This document shows positions 47,474-48,271 of a DNA stretch of 48,271 nt, in pieces. Position 1 is the first letter of the stretch; every line of letters starts with the position of its first letter. The notes beneath the pieces are model-generated. The model was not told the origin of the DNA, ran no database searches, and worked only from the letters and a program-made list of their open reading frames with translations. Made by a program: the position numbers and the translations under genes. Source of the stretch: Candidatus Falkowbacteria bacterium (lineage in GTDB: Bacteria > Patescibacteriota > Patescibacteriia > XYB2-FULL-38-15); NCBI GenBank assembly GCA_016214745.1, contig JACRNW010000002.1:1-48271 (forward strand), given 5' to 3'.

Positions 47474-48271
47474 ATGAAGCAGAAAATTTTTCAGGCCGAT
47501 GCCGCGAATCACGAACACCGTGCCGGAGAACACGAGGCAGGGCACGGCCATGAAAAGATGTCTCACGGGATGTCCCACAAAAATATGCCGAAAGAACATG
47601 AGGGGCATGAAAAGCATGCGGGCCACAGTTTAAAAATGTTCGCGAATAAATTTTGGGTTAGTTTAATTTTAACTATTCCGATTCTCCTTTATTCAGAATT
47701 GCCCCAAATTTTTTTTAACTGGCAAGCCCCGGCGTTTTTTGGTTCGTCGTACGTGCCGCTTATTTTAAGTTCGGTTATATTTTTCTACGGTGGATGGATT
47801 TTTATAAAAGGAGCGCGGCAGGAAATTGAAGAAAAGATTCCGGGCATGATGGCTCTCATCTCCTTGGCTATTTCCGCCGCTTATTTATACAGCGTTTTCA
47901 CAACATTCACAGAGGGTCATACTCTTTTTTGGGAACTTGCTACTTTAATTACCATCATGCTTCTTGGCCATTGGCTCGAAATGCGGGCGGTAGCGGGAGC
48001 GTCGGGAGCCCTGAAGGCGCTGGCAAAACTTCTACCCGATACGGCAGAAGTCGTAAGGGGAGAAAAAACGGAAATCATTTCTTTGATGGAGTTGAAAATT
48101 GGAAATATTGTTTTAGTAAAACCGGGCGGCAAAATTCCGGCGGATGGAAATATTGTGGAAGGTAGGTCGGATGTTGACGAAGCGCTTATCACCGGCGAGT
48201 CAAGGCCGGTCGCCAAAATTTCAGGAGATGAGGTAATTGCCGGTTCTATAAACGGCGACGGTAGTTTGAAA
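47474..48271 (+). CDS. Second P1B ATPase, CopB-type with His/Met-rich N-terminus (3'-truncated; not in the ORF track)
   Basis: Manual translation: HEHRAGEHEAGHGHEKMSHGMSH..., PGMMALISLA, FWELATLITIMLLGHWLEM, KPGGKIPADG, ITGES. Confidence 0.92.
   Translation, partial: MKQKIFQADAANHEHRAGEHEAGHGHEKMSHGMSHKNMPKEHEGHEKHAGHSLKMFANKFWVSLILTIPILLYSELPQIFFNWQAPAFFGSSYVPLILSSVIFFYGGWIFIKGARQEIEEKIPGMMALISLAISAAYLYSVFTTFTEGHTLFWELATLITIMLLGHWLEMRAVAGASGALKALAKLLPDTAEVVRGEKTEIISLMELKIGNIVLVKPGGKIPADGNIVEGRSDVDEALITGESRPVAKISGDEVIAGSINGDGSLK

Overview
Chromosomal window from a small-genome bacterium, probably Patescibacteria/CPR (inferred from gene style, largely SD-less core genes and characteristic palindromic and heptamer repeats). 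Core genes: rsmH, ftsL-like, tgt, a membrane-anchored Clp ATPase, a MraY/WecA-family transferase, rplU, recR, dnaB, folD, glyA, murC, murB, hpf, pdaD, secA, secD and secF, ending in a large copper-homeostasis cluster. Highlights: (1) a GC-rich island (~9.25-13.8 kb) where myxobacterial-style Cys/Asp-rich exported proteins alternate with three copies of a ~200-240 nt covarying, multi-stem non-coding RNA-like element with an invariant 34-nt core; (2) a head-to-head Elp3 + Trm9-like methyltransferase pair, suggesting a eukaryote/archaea-type mcm5U34 tRNA pathway; (3) a BlaI/BlaR1-like pair with two matching operators in front of the copper cluster; (4) two nuclease-plus-flanking-palindrome units (DUF559 and GIY-YIG), with palindromes and heptamer arrays also inserted in-frame in core genes; (5) SecD with two internal parvulin PPIase domains. 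No rRNA, tRNA or CRISPR array was recognised. All calls were made by eye, without database searches.
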